Part shown: positions 24,230-35,396 of the stretch, piece after piece
Layout of the letters: the number at the start of each line of letters is the position of its first letter
Numbering within the stretch: position 1 is the first letter of the stretch
Assembly (NCBI RefSeq): GCF_056712565.1
Contig: NZ_CM160072.1
DNA: 64,000 bases
Reading direction: 5' to 3' (one strand)
Notes under the pieces: model-generated
Database searches by the model: none
Told to the model about the DNA's origin: nothing
What the model saw: only the letters and a program-made list of their open reading frames with translations
Made by a program: the position numbers and the translations under genes

Positions 24230-27200
24230 ATGAGTAAATTCCTGGACCGGTTTCGCTACTTCAAACAGAAGGGTGAAACCTTTGCCGATGGGCATGGCCA
24301 GCTTCTCAATACCAACCGTGACTGGGAGGATGGATATCGCCAGCGTTGGCAGCATGACAAAATCGTCCGCTCTACCCACGGGGTAAACTGCACCGGCTCC
24401 TGCAGCTGGAAAATCTACGTCAAAAACGGTCTGGTCACCTGGGAAACCCAGCAGACTGACTATCCGCGAACTCGCCCGGACCTGCCAAACCATGAACCTC
24501 GCGGCTGCCCGCGCGGTGCCAGCTACTCCTGGTATCTTTACAGCGCTAACCGCCTGAAATACCCGATGATGCGCAAACGCCTGATGAAAATGTGGCGTGA
24601 AGCGAAGGCGCTGCATAGCGATCCGGTTGAGGCATGGGCTTCTATCATTGAAGACGCCGATAAAGCGAAAAGCTTTAAGCAGGCGCGTGGACGCGGTGGT
24701 TTTGTTCGTTCTTCCTGGCAGGAAGTGAACGAACTGATCGCCGCATCTAACGTTTACACCATCAAAAATTACGGCCCGGACCGTGTCGCTGGCTTCTCGC
24801 CAATTCCGGCAATGTCGATGGTTTCTTACGCATCGGGTGCGCGCTATCTCTCGCTGATTGGCGGTACTTGCTTAAGCTTCTACGACTGGTACTGCGACCT
24901 GCCTCCTGCGTCTCCGCAAACCTGGGGTGAGCAAACTGACGTACCGGAATCTGCTGACTGGTACAACTCCAGCTACATCATCGCCTGGGGTTCAAACGTG
25001 CCGCAGACGCGTACCCCGGATGCTCACTTCTTTACTGAAGTGCGTTACAAAGGGACCAAAACTGTTGCCGTCACACCAGACTACGCTGAAATCGCCAAAC
25101 TGTGCGATCTGTGGCTGGCACCGAAACAGGGCACCGATGCGGCAATGGCGCTGGCAATGGGTCACGTAATGCTGCGTGAATTCCACCTCGACAACCCAAG
25201 CCAGTATTTCACCGACTATGTGCGCCGCTACACCGACATGCCGATGCTGGTGATGCTGGAAGAGCGCGACGGTTACTACGCTGCGGGTCGTATGCTGCGC
25301 GCTGCTGATCTGGTGGATGCACTGGGCCAGGAAAACAATCCGGAATGGAAAACTGTCGCCTTTAATACCAATGGTGAAATGGTTGCGCCGAACGGTTCTA
25401 TTGGCTTCCGCTGGGGCGAGAAGGGCAAATGGAATCTTGAGCAGCGCGACGGCAAAACTGGCGAAGAAACCGAGCTGCAACTGAGCCTGCTGGGTAGCCA
25501 GGATGAGATCGCTGAGGTGGGCTTCCCGTACTTTGGTGGCGATGGCACGGAACACTTCAACAAAGTGGAACTGGAAAACGTGCTGCTGCATAAGCTGCCG
25601 GTGAAACGCCTGCAACTGGCTGATGGCAGCACCGCCCTGGTGACCACCGTTTATGATCTGACGCTGGCAAACTACGGTCTGGAACGTGGCCTGAACGACG
25701 TTAACTGTGCAACCAGCTATGACGATGTGAAAGCTTACACCCCTGCCTGGGCCGAGCAGATTACCGGCGTTTCTCGCAGCCAGATTATTCGCATCGCCCG
25801 TGAATTTGCCGATAACGCTGATAAAACGCACGGTCGTTCGATGATTATCGTCGGCGCTGGGCTGAACCACTGGTATCACCTGGACATGAACTATCGTGGT
25901 CTGATCAACATGCTGATTTTCTGCGGCTGTGTCGGTCAGAGCGGCGGTGGCTGGGCGCACTATGTAGGTCAGGAAAAACTGCGTCCGCAAACCGGCTGGC
26001 AGCCGCTGGCGTTTGCCCTCGACTGGCAGCGTCCGGCGCGTCACATGAACAGTACCTCTTATTTCTATAACCACTCCAGCCAGTGGCGTTATGAAACCGT
26101 GACTGCGGAAGAACTGCTGTCGCCGATGGCGGATAAATCTCGCTATACTGGACACCTGATCGACTTTAACGTCCGTGCAGAACGCATGGGCTGGCTGCCG
26201 TCTGCGCCGCAGTTAGGCACTAACCCGCTGACTATCGCTCGCGAAGCAGAAAAAGCTGGGATGAATCCGGTGGACTATACGGTTAAATCCCTGAAAGAGG
26301 GTTCTATCCGTTTCGCTGCGGAACAGCCGGAAAACGGTAAAAACCACCCGCGTAATCTGTTCATCTGGCGTTCTAACCTGCTCGGTTCTTCCGGTAAAGG
26401 TCATGAGTTTATGCTCAAGTACCTGCTGGGGACGGAGCACGGTATCCAGGGCAAAGACCTGGGGCAGCAGGGCGGCGTGAAGCCGGAAGAAGTGGACTGG
26501 CAGGACAACGGTCTGGAAGGCAAGCTGGATCTGGTGGTGACGCTGGACTTCCGTCTGTCGAGCACCTGTCTCTATTCCGACATCATTTTGCCGACGGCGA
26601 CCTGGTACGAAAAAGACGACATGAATACTTCGGATATGCATCCGTTTATTCACCCGCTGTCTGCGGCGGTCGATCCGGCCTGGGAAGCGAAAAGCGACTG
26701 GGAAATCTACAAAGCCATCGCGAAGAAATTCTCCGAAGTGTGCGTTGGTCATCTGGGTAAAGAAACTGACATCGTCACGCTGCCTATCCAGCACGACTCT
26801 GCCGCTGAACTGGCGCAACCGCTGGATGTGAAAGACTGGAAAAAAGGCGAATGCGACCTGATCCCAGGTAAAACTGCACCGCACATTATGGTCGTAGAGC
26901 GCGATTATCCAGCAACTTACGAACGCTTTACCTCTATCGGCCCGCTGATGGAGAAAATCGGTAACGGCGGTAAAGGGATTGCCTGGAACACCCAGAGCGA
27001 GATGGATCTGCTGCGTAAGCTCAACTACACCAAAGCGGAAGGTCCGGCAAAAGGCCAGCCGATGCTCAATACCGCAATTGATGCGGCAGAGATGATCCTG
27101 ACGCTGGCACCGGAAACCAATGGTCAGGTAGCTGTAAAAGCCTGGGCTGCCCTGAGCGAGTTTACCGGCCGTGACCATACGCATCTGGCGCTGAATAAAG

Positions 27201-27973
27201 AAGACGAGAAGATTCGCTTCCGCGATATTCAGGCACAGCCGCGCAAAATCATCTCCAGCCCGACATGGTCTGGCCTTGAAGATGAACACGTTTCTTACAA
27301 CGCCGGTTACACCAACGTTCACGAGCTGATCCCGTGGCGTACGCTCTCTGGTCGTCAGCAACTGTATCAGGATCACCAGTGGATGCGTGATTTCGGTGAA
27401 AGCCTGCTGGTTTATCGTCCGCCGATCGACACCCGTTCGGTGAAAGAAGTGATGGGGCAGAAATCCAACGGCAACCCGGAAAAAGCGCTCAACTTCCTGA
27501 CGCCGCACCAGAAGTGGGGTATCCACTCCACCTACAGCGACAACCTGCTGATGCTGACTTTAGGTCGCGGTGGTCCGGTGGTCTGGCTGAGTGAAGCCGA
27601 TGCCAAAGAGCTGGGTATCGCCGATAACGACTGGATTGAAGTCTTCAACAGCAACGGTGCACTGACTGCCCGTGCGGTTGTCAGCCAGCGTGTTCCGGCA
27701 GGGATGACCATGATGTACCACGCGCAGGAACGTATCGTTAACCTGCCTGGTTCGGAAATTACCCAACAGCGTGGTGGTATCCATAACTCGGTCACCCGTA
27801 TCACGCCGAAACCGACGCATATGATCGGCGGCTATGCCCATCTGGCATATGGCTTTAACTACTACGGCACCGTAGGTTCTAACCGCGATGAGTTTGTTGT
27901 AGTGCGTAAGATGAAGAACATTGACTGGTTAGATGGCGAAGGCAATGACCAGGTACAGGAGAGCGTAAAATGA
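24230..27973 (+). CDS. narG: Respiratory nitrate reductase A alpha subunit (molybdopterin)
   Basis: 1247-aa ORF, conserved NarG. Confidence 0.97.
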   Translation: MSKFLDRFRYFKQKGETFADGHGQLLNTNRDWEDGYRQRWQHDKIVRSTHGVNCTGSCSWKIYVKNGLVTWETQQTDYPRTRPDLPNHEPRGCPRGASYSWYLYSANRLKYPMMRKRLMKMWREAKALHSDPVEAWASIIEDADKAKSFKQARGRGGFVRSSWQEVNELIAASNVYTIKNYGPDRVAGFSPIPAMSMVSYASGARYLSLIGGTCLSFYDWYCDLPPASPQTWGEQTDVPESADWYNSSYIIAWGSNVPQTRTPDAHFFTEVRYKGTKTVAVTPDYAEIAKLCDLWLAPKQGTDAAMALAMGHVMLREFHLDNPSQYFTDYVRRYTDMPMLVMLEERDGYYAAGRMLRAADLVDALGQENNPEWKTVAFNTNGEMVAPNGSIGFRWGEKGKWNLEQRDGKTGEETELQLSLLGSQDEIAEVGFPYFGGDGTEHFNKVELENVLLHKLPVKRLQLADGSTALVTTVYDLTLANYGLERGLNDVNCATSYDDVKAYTPAWAEQITGVSRSQIIRIAREFADNADKTHGRSMIIVGAGLNHWYHLDMNYRGLINMLIFCGCVGQSGGGWAHYVGQEKLRPQTGWQPLAFALDWQRPARHMNSTSYFYNHSSQWRYETVTAEELLSPMADKSRYTGHLIDFNVRAERMGWLPSAPQLGTNPLTIAREAEKAGMNPVDYTVKSLKEGSIRFAAEQPENGKNHPRNLFIWRSNLLGSSGKGHEFMLKYLLGTEHGIQGKDLGQQGGVKPEEVDWQDNGLEGKLDLVVTLDFRLSSTCLYSDIILPTATWYEKDDMNTSDMHPFIHPLSAAVDPAWEAKSDWEIYKAIAKKFSEVCVGHLGKETDIVTLPIQHDSAAELAQPLDVKDWKKGECDLIPGKTAPHIMVVERDYPATYERFTSIGPLMEKIGNGGKGIAWNTQSEMDLLRKLNYTKAEGPAKGQPMLNTAIDAAEMILTLAPETNGQVAVKAWAALSEFTGRDHTHLALNKEDEKIRFRDIQAQPRKIISSPTWSGLEDEHVSYNAGYTNVHELIPWRTLSGRQQLYQDHQWMRDFGESLLVYRPPIDTRSVKEVMGQKSNGNPEKALNFLTPHQKWGIHSTYSDNLLMLTLGRGGPVVWLSEADAKELGIADNDWIEVFNSNGALTARAVVSQRVPAGMTMMYHAQERIVNLPGSEITQQRGGIHNSVTRITPKPTHMIGGYAHLAYGFNYYGTVGSNRDEFVVVRKMKNIDWLDGEGNDQVQESVK

Positions 27974-29508
27974 AAATTCGTTCACAAGTCGGCATGGTGC
28001 TGAATCTCGATAAGTGCATCGGCTGCCACACCTGTTCAGTGACCTGTAAAAACGTCTGGACCAGCCGTGAAGGCGTGGAATACGCGTGGTTCAACAACGT
28101 GGAAACCAAGCCGGGCCAGGGCTTCCCGACTGACTGGGAAAACCAGGAAAAATACAAAGGCGGCTGGATCCGTAAAATCAACGGCAAACTTCAGCCGCGC
28201 ATGGGTAACCGTGCCATGCTGCTGGGTAAAATCTTCGCTAACCCGCATCTGCCGGGGATCGACGATTATTACGAGCCATTCGATTTTGATTATCAGAACC
28301 TGCATACCGCGCCGGAAGGCAGCAAATCACAGCCGATTGCCCGTCCGCGTTCACTGATTACCGGCGAACGGATGGCGAAAATCGAAAAAGGGCCGAACTG
28401 GGAAGATGACCTGGGCGGTGAGTTTGACAAGCTGGCGAAAGACAAGAACTTCGACAACATCCAGAAGGCGATGTATAGCCAGTTCGAAAACACCTTCATG
28501 ATGTATTTGCCGCGCCTGTGCGAACACTGTCTGAACCCGGCATGTGTGGCGACCTGCCCGAGCGGTGCGATTTACAAGCGTGAAGAAGATGGCATCGTCC
28601 TGATCGACCAGGATAAATGCCGTGGCTGGCGTATGTGCATCACCGGATGCCCGTACAAAAAAATCTACTTCAACTGGAAGAGCGGTAAGTCTGAGAAGTG
28701 CATCTTCTGCTATCCGCGTATTGAAGCCGGCCAGCCGACAATATGTTCAGAAACCTGTGTCGGTCGTATCCGTTATCTTGGCGTGCTGCTGTACGATGCC
28801 GACGCGATTGAACGTGCGGCAAGTACCGAGAACGAGAAAGATCTCTACCAGCGTCAGCTGGATGTGTTCCTCGATCCGAACGATCCGAAAGTCATCGAGC
28901 AGGCGATTAAAGACGGTATTCCGCTGAGCGTTATTGAGGCTGCACAGCAGTCGCCAGTTTATAAAATGGCGATGGAATGGAAACTGGCGCTGCCGCTGCA
29001 TCCGGAATATCGCACACTGCCGATGGTCTGGTACGTGCCGCCTCTGTCGCCGATTCAGTCTGCGGCAGACGCGGGTGAACTGGGCAGCAACGGCATTCTG
29101 CCAGACGTCGAAAGCCTGCGTATTCCGGTACAGTATCTGGCGAATCTGCTGACCGCCGGTGATACCAAACCGGTACTGCGCGCGCTGAAACGTATGCTGG
29201 CGATGCGTCATTACAAACGTGCTGAAACCGTTGACGGTAAAGTCGATACCCGTGCGCTGGAAGAGGTCGGTCTGACCGAAGCCCAGGCACAGGAGATGTA
29301 TCGTTATCTGGCTATTGCCAACTACGAAGATCGCTTTGTGGTGCCGAGCAGTCATCGTGAACTGGCGCGGGAAGCCTTCCCGGAGAAAAATGGCTGCGGC
29401 TTTACCTTTGGTGATGGCTGCCACGGTTCAGATACCAAATTCAATCTGTTCAACAGCCGCCGTATCGATGCCATCGACGTAACCAGCAAAACGGAGCCGC
29501 ACCCATGA
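27970..29508 (+). CDS. narH: Nitrate reductase A beta subunit (Fe-S)
   Basis: 512-aa ORF with multiple CxxCxxC clusters; overlaps narG stop. Confidence 0.97.
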   Translation: MKIRSQVGMVLNLDKCIGCHTCSVTCKNVWTSREGVEYAWFNNVETKPGQGFPTDWENQEKYKGGWIRKINGKLQPRMGNRAMLLGKIFANPHLPGIDDYYEPFDFDYQNLHTAPEGSKSQPIARPRSLITGERMAKIEKGPNWEDDLGGEFDKLAKDKNFDNIQKAMYSQFENTFMMYLPRLCEHCLNPACVATCPSGAIYKREEDGIVLIDQDKCRGWRMCITGCPYKKIYFNWKSGKSEKCIFCYPRIEAGQPTICSETCVGRIRYLGVLLYDADAIERAASTENEKDLYQRQLDVFLDPNDPKVIEQAIKDGIPLSVIEAAQQSPVYKMAMEWKLALPLHPEYRTLPMVWYVPPLSPIQSAADAGELGSNGILPDVESLRIPVQYLANLLTAGDTKPVLRALKRMLAMRHYKRAETVDGKVDTRALEEVGLTEAQAQEMYRYLAIANYEDRFVVPSSHRELAREAFPEKNGCGFTFGDGCHGSDTKFNLFNSRRIDAIDVTSKTEPHP

Positions 29509-30215
29509 TCGAACTCGTGATTGTATCGCGTCTCCTTGAATATCCGGATGCTGCCTTATGGCAGCATCAACAAGAGATGTTTGAGGCGATTGCCGCGTCG
29601 AAAAATCTGCCAAAAGAGGATGCCCATGCGCTGGGCATTTTCCTGCGCGATTTAACGACGATGGATCCGCTCGATGCCCAGGCGCAGTACAGCGAACTGT
29701 TCGACCGTGGCCGCGCCACGTCACTGTTGCTATTTGAACATGTTCACGGTGAATCCCGTGACCGCGGCCAGGCGATGGTGGATCTGCTGGCGCAGTACGA
29801 GCAGCACGGCTTGCAGTTAAACAGCCGCGAATTGCCCGACCATCTGCCGCTGTATCTGGAGTACCTGGCGCAGCTGCCGCAAAGCGAAGCCGTGGAGGGT
29901 TTGAAAGATATTGCGCCGATTCTGGCATTGCTGAGCGCGCGTCTGCAACAGCGTGAAAGCCGTTATGCCGTGCTGTTTGATCTGCTGCTGAAACTGGCGA
30001 ATACCGCAATCGACAGCGACAAAGTGGCGGAAAAAATTGCCGACGAAGCGCGCGACGATACGCCGCAGGCGCTGGATGCAGTCTGGGAAGAAGAGCAGGT
30101 TAAATTCTTTGCTGACAAAGGCTGCGGTGATTCAGCAATCACTGCTCATCAGCGTCGCTTTGCCGGTGCCGTCGCGCCGCAATATCTGAATATCACCACC
30201 GGAGGACAGCACTAA
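29505..30215 (+). CDS. narJ: Nitrate reductase assembly chaperone NarJ
   Basis: 236-aa ORF; overlapping start. Confidence 0.95.
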   Translation: MIELVIVSRLLEYPDAALWQHQQEMFEAIAASKNLPKEDAHALGIFLRDLTTMDPLDAQAQYSELFDRGRATSLLLFEHVHGESRDRGQAMVDLLAQYEQHGLQLNSRELPDHLPLYLEYLAQLPQSEAVEGLKDIAPILALLSARLQQRESRYAVLFDLLLKLANTAIDSDKVAEKIADEARDDTPQALDAVWEEEQVKFFADKGCGDSAITAHQRRFAGAVAPQYLNITTGGQH

Positions 30216-30892
30216 TGCAATTCCTGAATATGTTCTTCTTTGATATCTACCCGTACATAGCCGGGGCGGTCTTCCTGATTGGTAGCTGGCTGCGTTATGA
30301 CTACGGGCAGTACACATGGCGTGCGGCGTCCAGCCAGATGCTGGATCGCAAAGGGATGAACCTCGCGTCGAACCTGTTCCATATCGGTATTCTGGGGATT
30401 TTTGTCGGTCACTTCTTCGGTATGCTGACGCCGCACTGGATGTATGAAGCCTGGCTGCCGATTGAAGTGAAACAGAAAATGGCGATGTTTGCTGGTGGTG
30501 CCAGCGGCGTACTGTGTCTGATTGGTGGCGTGCTGTTGCTGAAGCGTCGTCTGTTCAGCCCACGCGTGCGTGCAACCACTACCGGAGCGGATATCCTGAT
30601 CCTGTCGCTGCTCGTTATCCAGTGCGCGCTGGGCTTGCTGACCATTCCGTTCTCAGCCCAGCATATGGACGGTAGCGAGATGATGAAACTGGTTGGCTGG
30701 GCGCAGTCGGTAGTGACCTTCCACGGTGGTGCTTCTCAACACCTTGATGGTGTGGCGTTTATCTTCCGTCTGCACCTGGTGTTGGGGATGACGTTATTCC
30801 TGCTGTTCCCGTTCTCGCGTCTGGTGCACATCTGGAGCGTCCCGGTGGAGTATCTGACGCGTAAGTATCAGCTGGTGCGCGCTCGTCACTAA
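30215..30892 (+). CDS. narI: Nitrate reductase A gamma subunit (cytochrome b)
   Basis: 225-aa membrane ORF; start overlaps narJ stop. Confidence 0.95.
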   Translation: MQFLNMFFFDIYPYIAGAVFLIGSWLRYDYGQYTWRAASSQMLDRKGMNLASNLFHIGILGIFVGHFFGMLTPHWMYEAWLPIEVKQKMAMFAGGASGVLCLIGGVLLLKRRLFSPRVRATTTGADILILSLLVIQCALGLLTIPFSAQHMDGSEMMKLVGWAQSVVTFHGGASQHLDGVAFIFRLHLVLGMTLFLLFPFSRLVHIWSVPVEYLTRKYQLVRARH

Positions 30893-30920
30893 GCGAATTT
30901 TAGTTCACATAGACCCTGCT

Positions 30921-32245
30921 TCGGCGCTGAGGGATCCCCATAAATCAGCGATAATAAACCAACACCATATTCTGGTAGGTTCTGGTGAGGTGATTAAGAA
31001 TGGTGCTTAGCACCGTTCGTTTTAAAATTAGCGGGGAGTGTCGTAAGACATTCTCCGCTAACGTCAGATACGAGATTACCCGCCGCGTTTTAATGCTGTT
31101 GGCCTGATATCTAAGATGTAACCCTTGATTTTCAGCGTGATAGCCAATAAGCCACAGCACTATTGTGCTCAGTGTTGCCAGCAGGCTCAGTACCAGCATT
31201 CTTCCTGCCGAACAGCTGTAACTGGCTCGCAGACCGAACCCAAAACGCTCACTTTTTTCATCCCTGAAGTTTTGCTCAATCTGCATTCGGCGGCTGTATA
31301 ACTTCATGATTTCTCGCGGTTTAAAGTCATCTGTGCTGCTGAATATTAACCATGGTTCTTTTGCCGCCGACCTGGCATCTTTTATCTGTGATGGTCTGGC
31401 TATACCACAACGCGAACGTTTATTTCTCCGGCCTTTCGGCTCTTTTTTGTGCAAATAAAAATGACCATCGCAACGGGCGTATTCCGCCCGGGAAAGCGTC
31501 CCCGGCCCCAGATATTCAGGTTTGTTACTGGCCTGTAATTCCTGACGCCTGAACCAGCATTCCCCTTTTCTCGCCAGATGCAGTTGTTTATTGCCTCGTA
31601 TCCGGCCAATAAAATCCCAGCCGAGTGATTTTATGTGCCGAAACCAGGCATTCTGGAACCCTGCATCCGTGACGATGATTACCCTTGCTTTTGGGTTTAC
31701 CGCTTCGGAAAGAGTATTAAGAAAGGCTTGCTGTATCTTTGCATTTTGCTGTTTTTCCGAAGGAACTATCCAACTCAGCAATGGAATCGAATGTCCATAG
31801 CAAATCAGGCTGGCGCGGAGTACGTGATACTCCTGAGAGGGGTATCCACTCCAGTCAACGGCGATGACACACAGTGACAGCTTGCTCGTCAGCATGGAAA
31901 TAATGTTTCTGAAAATCAGGGGGATGTCGTGATGAAGAGACTCATTACCGAGCAGACGATCAACACGTTTTATTTTATTTTTGACCTGAGCATTACCGGG
32001 TAAATAACGTCCGATGCTGGTCAGCGTCAGAGATGCGCCATTGATTAGTGCGATAGTGGCATCCAACAAAGCATTTTGTCGGTATTTGTGAAATGGTGCT
32101 AAAGCACCGCGGAAAAAATTCTGACATACTTGGCGAGCAGGCATAGAGGAGATCTCATTGAATTGGTTGCACAAGTCAGTAGATCACAAAACTCTATGCC
32201 TGTCTTTTTTTACCCGCCCATTACTGGGGATTCCTCAGCGCTCCG
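30921..32245 (-). mobile_element. IS186-like insertion sequence (IS4 family), about 1.32 kb; boundaries approximate (+/- 15 bp)
   Basis: Single DDE-transposase ORF flanked by near-perfect 17-bp inverted repeats GCGCTGAGG(G/A)ATCCCCA at 30924-30940 and 32226-32242; size fits IS186 (about 1.34 kb). Confidence 0.65.
30945..32174 (-). CDS. IS4-family (IS186-like) DDE transposase
   Basis: 409-aa ORF; DDE-type features (VIIVTDAGF) and YREK-like signature (YSRRMQIEQNFRDEK); stop codon 5 bp inside the left IR. Confidence 0.75.
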   Translation of the reverse strand: MCNQFNEISSMPARQVCQNFFRGALAPFHKYRQNALLDATIALINGASLTLTSIGRYLPGNAQVKNKIKRVDRLLGNESLHHDIPLIFRNIISMLTSKLSLCVIAVDWSGYPSQEYHVLRASLICYGHSIPLLSWIVPSEKQQNAKIQQAFLNTLSEAVNPKARVIIVTDAGFQNAWFRHIKSLGWDFIGRIRGNKQLHLARKGECWFRRQELQASNKPEYLGPGTLSRAEYARCDGHFYLHKKEPKGRRNKRSRCGIARPSQIKDARSAAKEPWLIFSSTDDFKPREIMKLYSRRMQIEQNFRDEKSERFGFGLRASYSCSAGRMLVLSLLATLSTIVLWLIGYHAENQGLHLRYQANSIKTRRVISYLTLAENVLRHSPLILKRTVLSTILNHLTRTYQNMVLVYYR

Positions 32246-32256
32246 GCGGGTTTTTT

Positions 32257-32574
32257 TTATGGGCACGGTGCGGGGGGAGTTGTCGGATGCGCTTCGCTTA
32301 TCCGACCTACAGGGGAGGATATTTTAGGTCCGGTAAACGCGGTGCCATTGGGCAGAATTAGCTCGGAGTAACAGGTTTTGAGTATTTCAGGAAGAAATGG
32401 TGGTGGGGGAAGGATTACTCAGCGCTGCGCGCTTCGCCCTACGGGTCGTTGCCTGCGGCAACGCTCTCTCGCTGGCCTCGAGTCGAACCTTGGTCGAAGC
32501 TTCTCATCCTTCCCCGCATGGGCAGAATATTTAATTGCGGATTCGTTTGAGAATTCAGGGGCTTTTGTAAGCGA
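32257..32574 (-). repeat. tyrT-distal repeat region (rtT/tpr-like); diverged about 178-bp units each beginning with a tRNA-Tyr 3'-end-like segment
   Basis: tggtggtgggggaaggatt (tRNA 3' end) recurs at 32396-32416 as ggtggtgggggaaggatta; a minus-strand reading frame ends ..[19 protein letters not shown] (arginine-rich, protamine-like tpr-type tail). Confidence 0.5.
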
Positions 32575-32659
<85 letters not shown>

Positions 32660-32692
32660 AGGGGTAATTCATATTGTAGGTAATGCTTGAGA

Positions 32693-32777
<85 letters not shown>

Positions 32778-32827
32778 ACGGGGTAATGCTTTTTACTGGC
32801 CTGCTCCCTTATCGGGAAGCGGGGCGC

Positions 32828-32856
32828 ATCATATCAAATGACGCGCCGCTGTAAAG
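32828..32856 (-). promoter_or_regulatory. tyrT promoter (-35 TTTACA, -10 TATGATG, GC-rich discriminator GCGCCCCGC)
   Basis: Minus strand reads ...ACACTTTACAGCGGCGCGTCATTTGATATGATGCGCCCCGCTTCCC..., the classical stringently controlled tyrT promoter, about 41 nt upstream of the tRNA 5' end. Confidence 0.85.
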
Positions 32857-32936
32857 TGTTACGTTGAGAAAAATGAACTGGTTGCGTGATTTTCATCCGT
32901 AACGGATTAAAGCTAACCAGTTATTTTGGCTGACGA

Positions 32937-33779
32937 TTAAAGAATAATCGTCCGATTACCGTAAACAAAGACGCGCTGCGCCAGTACTTTGTATAGCGCA
33001 CGACTTAAGACGTTTTTCTCGACGTCACGACCTGCGCGCATCATATCTTCAGCTGTGTAGGTATGATCGACATGAATAACGTCCTGCATGATGATTGGGC
33101 CTTCGTCCAGATTGTCATTCACATAGTGAGCGGTTGCGCCAATAATCTTCACGCCACGCTCATAGGCCTGGTGATAAGGACGTGCGCCGATAAACGCTGG
33201 CAGGAATGAATGGTGAATATTGATGATCTTATTCGGGAAGCGTGCCACAAATTCCGGCGTTAATACCCGCATATACTTCGCCAGCACCACATAGTCAGGT
33301 TGATAAGCATCAATGGCATCCGCCATCTTTTGATCGTGCTCGTTGCGGCTTAACCCTTCATGGCTTACCAGCTCAAACGGAATATCAAACCGCTCAACCA
33401 GAGAACGTAAAGTATCGTGGTTACCAATAACTGCCGCGATTTCGACATCCAGGCCGCCGTAATTGGCTTTCATCAACAAATCGCCAAGGCAATGCGCTTC
33501 TTTAGTGACCAGAATTACTATCCGGCGACGACCGGCAGGATTCAGCTCACGCACGGAGCCTTCTGGCAATGCGCTATCGAGATCCGCCAGCAGGGTGGAA
33601 TCATTAAAAATCCCTTCCAGTTCCGTGCGCATAAAAAAGCGCCCGGTACGATGATCTACAAATTCATTGTTCTGCACGATATTTAACTCGTGCTTGTAGC
33701 AAATATTGGTAATACGTGCGATCAGACCTTTTTGGTCCGGACAAATAGTACGCAGAACTTTACGTTGGAGTGAATGCAT
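32937..33779 (-). CDS. purU: Formyltetrahydrofolate deformylase
   Basis: 280-aa ORF with ACT domain and formyltransferase core. Confidence 0.95.
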   Translation of the reverse strand: MHSLQRKVLRTICPDQKGLIARITNICYKHELNIVQNNEFVDHRTGRFFMRTELEGIFNDSTLLADLDSALPEGSVRELNPAGRRRIVILVTKEAHCLGDLLMKANYGGLDVEIAAVIGNHDTLRSLVERFDIPFELVSHEGLSRNEHDQKMADAIDAYQPDYVVLAKYMRVLTPEFVARFPNKIINIHHSFLPAFIGARPYHQAYERGVKIIGATAHYVNDNLDEGPIIMQDVIHVDHTYTAEDMMRAGRDVEKNVLSRALYKVLAQRVFVYGNRTIIL

Positions 33780-33828
33780 TGCTGGAAAAACCTTGTTGAG
33801 AGTGTTTGCTAAACCGTACCGTCAACCA

Positions 33829-34287
33829 TTATTGGCCGCAGCACTTTTTAAATTTTTTACCTGAACCACAAGGGCAGGGATCGTTGCGGCCAAACTGCGG
33901 ACGTGTACCGTCAATATAGTACCATTGACCGTTTTCTTTCAAAAATCGCGAACGTTCAATTATTGCACCTGTTTTGCCACCCTCGGTAAATCGAGCAACA
34001 AAACTGACAAATCCGATATTGCCGCCGTCCTGCCAGCAATGTTCAAATACGGTCAATCCCAACCATTCAGTATGCGCAAATCCGGCAATCAATTCGGCTC
34101 GTAACGCCGCTGCTCCACAAGATGGATGCCAGGTCTTTATTAAATAATCTGCGTCTTGCATCACAAAAGCGCAGTAACGCGAACGCATGAGATGTTCTGG
34201 ATCAGGTGCAACCTTTTCACCAGACACATAAGGGTGGCAACATAGGCTATACTCGACAGTACTACCACAGGGACAAAGCTGAGACAC
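33829..34287 (-). CDS. ychJ: SEC-C metal-binding-motif protein YchJ; GTG start
   Basis: ORF 33829..34308; GTG at 34287 with AGGGAG Shine-Dalgarno gives 152 aa; CPCGS...[14 protein letters not shown] motifs. Confidence 0.85.
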   Translation of the reverse strand: MSQLCPCGSTVEYSLCCHPYVSGEKVAPDPEHLMRSRYCAFVMQDADYLIKTWHPSCGAAALRAELIAGFAHTEWLGLTVFEHCWQDGGNIGFVSFVARFTEGGKTGAIIERSRFLKENGQWYYIDGTRPQFGRNDPCPCGSGKKFKKCCGQ

Positions 34288-34399
34288 AAATAATCTCCCT
34301 GGAAACAATAACGGCGTATTAACCGCCTGAGTAGCACTATGTTAACCGAGCAGTAGCGATGTGGCTACGATTGCATTCCAGGGGAATCTTGCGGGAATA

Positions 34400-35305
34400 A
34401 TGAGAAAGATAAAAATAGGGCTGGCGCTGGGATCTGGCGCGGCAAGAGGTTGGTCGCATATTGGCGTAATTAATGCGCTAAAAAAAGTGGGTATTGAAAT
34501 TGATATCGTTGCAGGATGTTCAATTGGTTCGCTGGTGGGCGCTGCCTATGCATGCGATCGATTATCTGCGCTGGAAGATTGGGTGACCTCTTTCAGTTAT
34601 TGGGATGTTTTACGCCTGATGGATCTCTCCTGGCAGCGCGGTGGGTTACTGCGCGGCGAGCGTGTCTTCAATCAATATCGCGAAATAATGCCGGAAACAG
34701 AGATCGAAAATTGTTCCCGTCGCTTCGCGGCTGTTGCCACCAATTTAAGTACTGGGCGTGAATTATGGTTTACTGAAGGCGATCTCCATCTTGCTATTCG
34801 TGCATCATGCAGTATTCCAGGACTAATGGCACCCGTTGCGCATAACGGCTACTGGCTGGTTGATGGCGCTGTAGTTAACCCAATTCCTATTTCCCTCACG
34901 CGTGCATTGGGGGCTGATATTGTGATAGCGGTCGACCTGCAGCACGATGCTCATTTGATGCAACAAGATTTGCTCTCCTTTAATGTCAGTGAAGAAAATA
35001 GCGAGAATGGTGATTCTCTGCCGTGGCATGCGCGTCTGAAAGAAAGGTTAGGCAGCATAACGACACGTCGGGCGGTGACAGCGCCAACGGCAACAGAGAT
35101 TATGACCACTTCTATCCAGGTGCTGGAGAACCGCCTTAAAAGGAACCGCATGGCAGGTGATCCGCCCGATATTCTGATTCAACCTGTTTGCCCGCAAATA
35201 TCTACGCTTGATTTCCATCGCGCGCACGCTGCCATTGCGGCCGGGCAGCTGGCAGTGGAAAAGAAAATGGACGAACTTTTGCCGTTGGTACGCACCAACA
35301 TTTGA
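34400..35305 (+). CDS. rssA: Patatin-like phospholipase RssA
   Basis: ORF 34361..35305; start placed at ATG 34400 (MRKIKIGLALGSGAARG...), 301 aa; GxSxG motif (GCSIG). Confidence 0.9.
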   Translation: MRKIKIGLALGSGAARGWSHIGVINALKKVGIEIDIVAGCSIGSLVGAAYACDRLSALEDWVTSFSYWDVLRLMDLSWQRGGLLRGERVFNQYREIMPETEIENCSRRFAAVATNLSTGRELWFTEGDLHLAIRASCSIPGLMAPVAHNGYWLVDGAVVNPIPISLTRALGADIVIAVDLQHDAHLMQQDLLSFNVSEENSENGDSLPWHARLKERLGSITTRRAVTAPTATEIMTTSIQVLENRLKRNRMAGDPPDILIQPVCPQISTLDFHRAHAAIAAGQLAVEKKMDELLPLVRTNI

Positions 35306-35396
35306 CCAGAATTTTTATCTACACTTAAGTTAATTCTGACAGGCGCAGGTGGCAATAGCATGCCACTATTGAGTAAAGCCAGTCAGGGGAGAGAAC

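Noticed and set aside
24992-27526. Two long minus-strand ORFs (387 aa and 437 aa) antisense within narG
   Set aside because: They lie entirely inside the highly conserved narG coding region, have low-complexity Arg/Val/Phe-rich translations typical of the antisense frame of GC-rich genes, and have no ribosome-binding site context.
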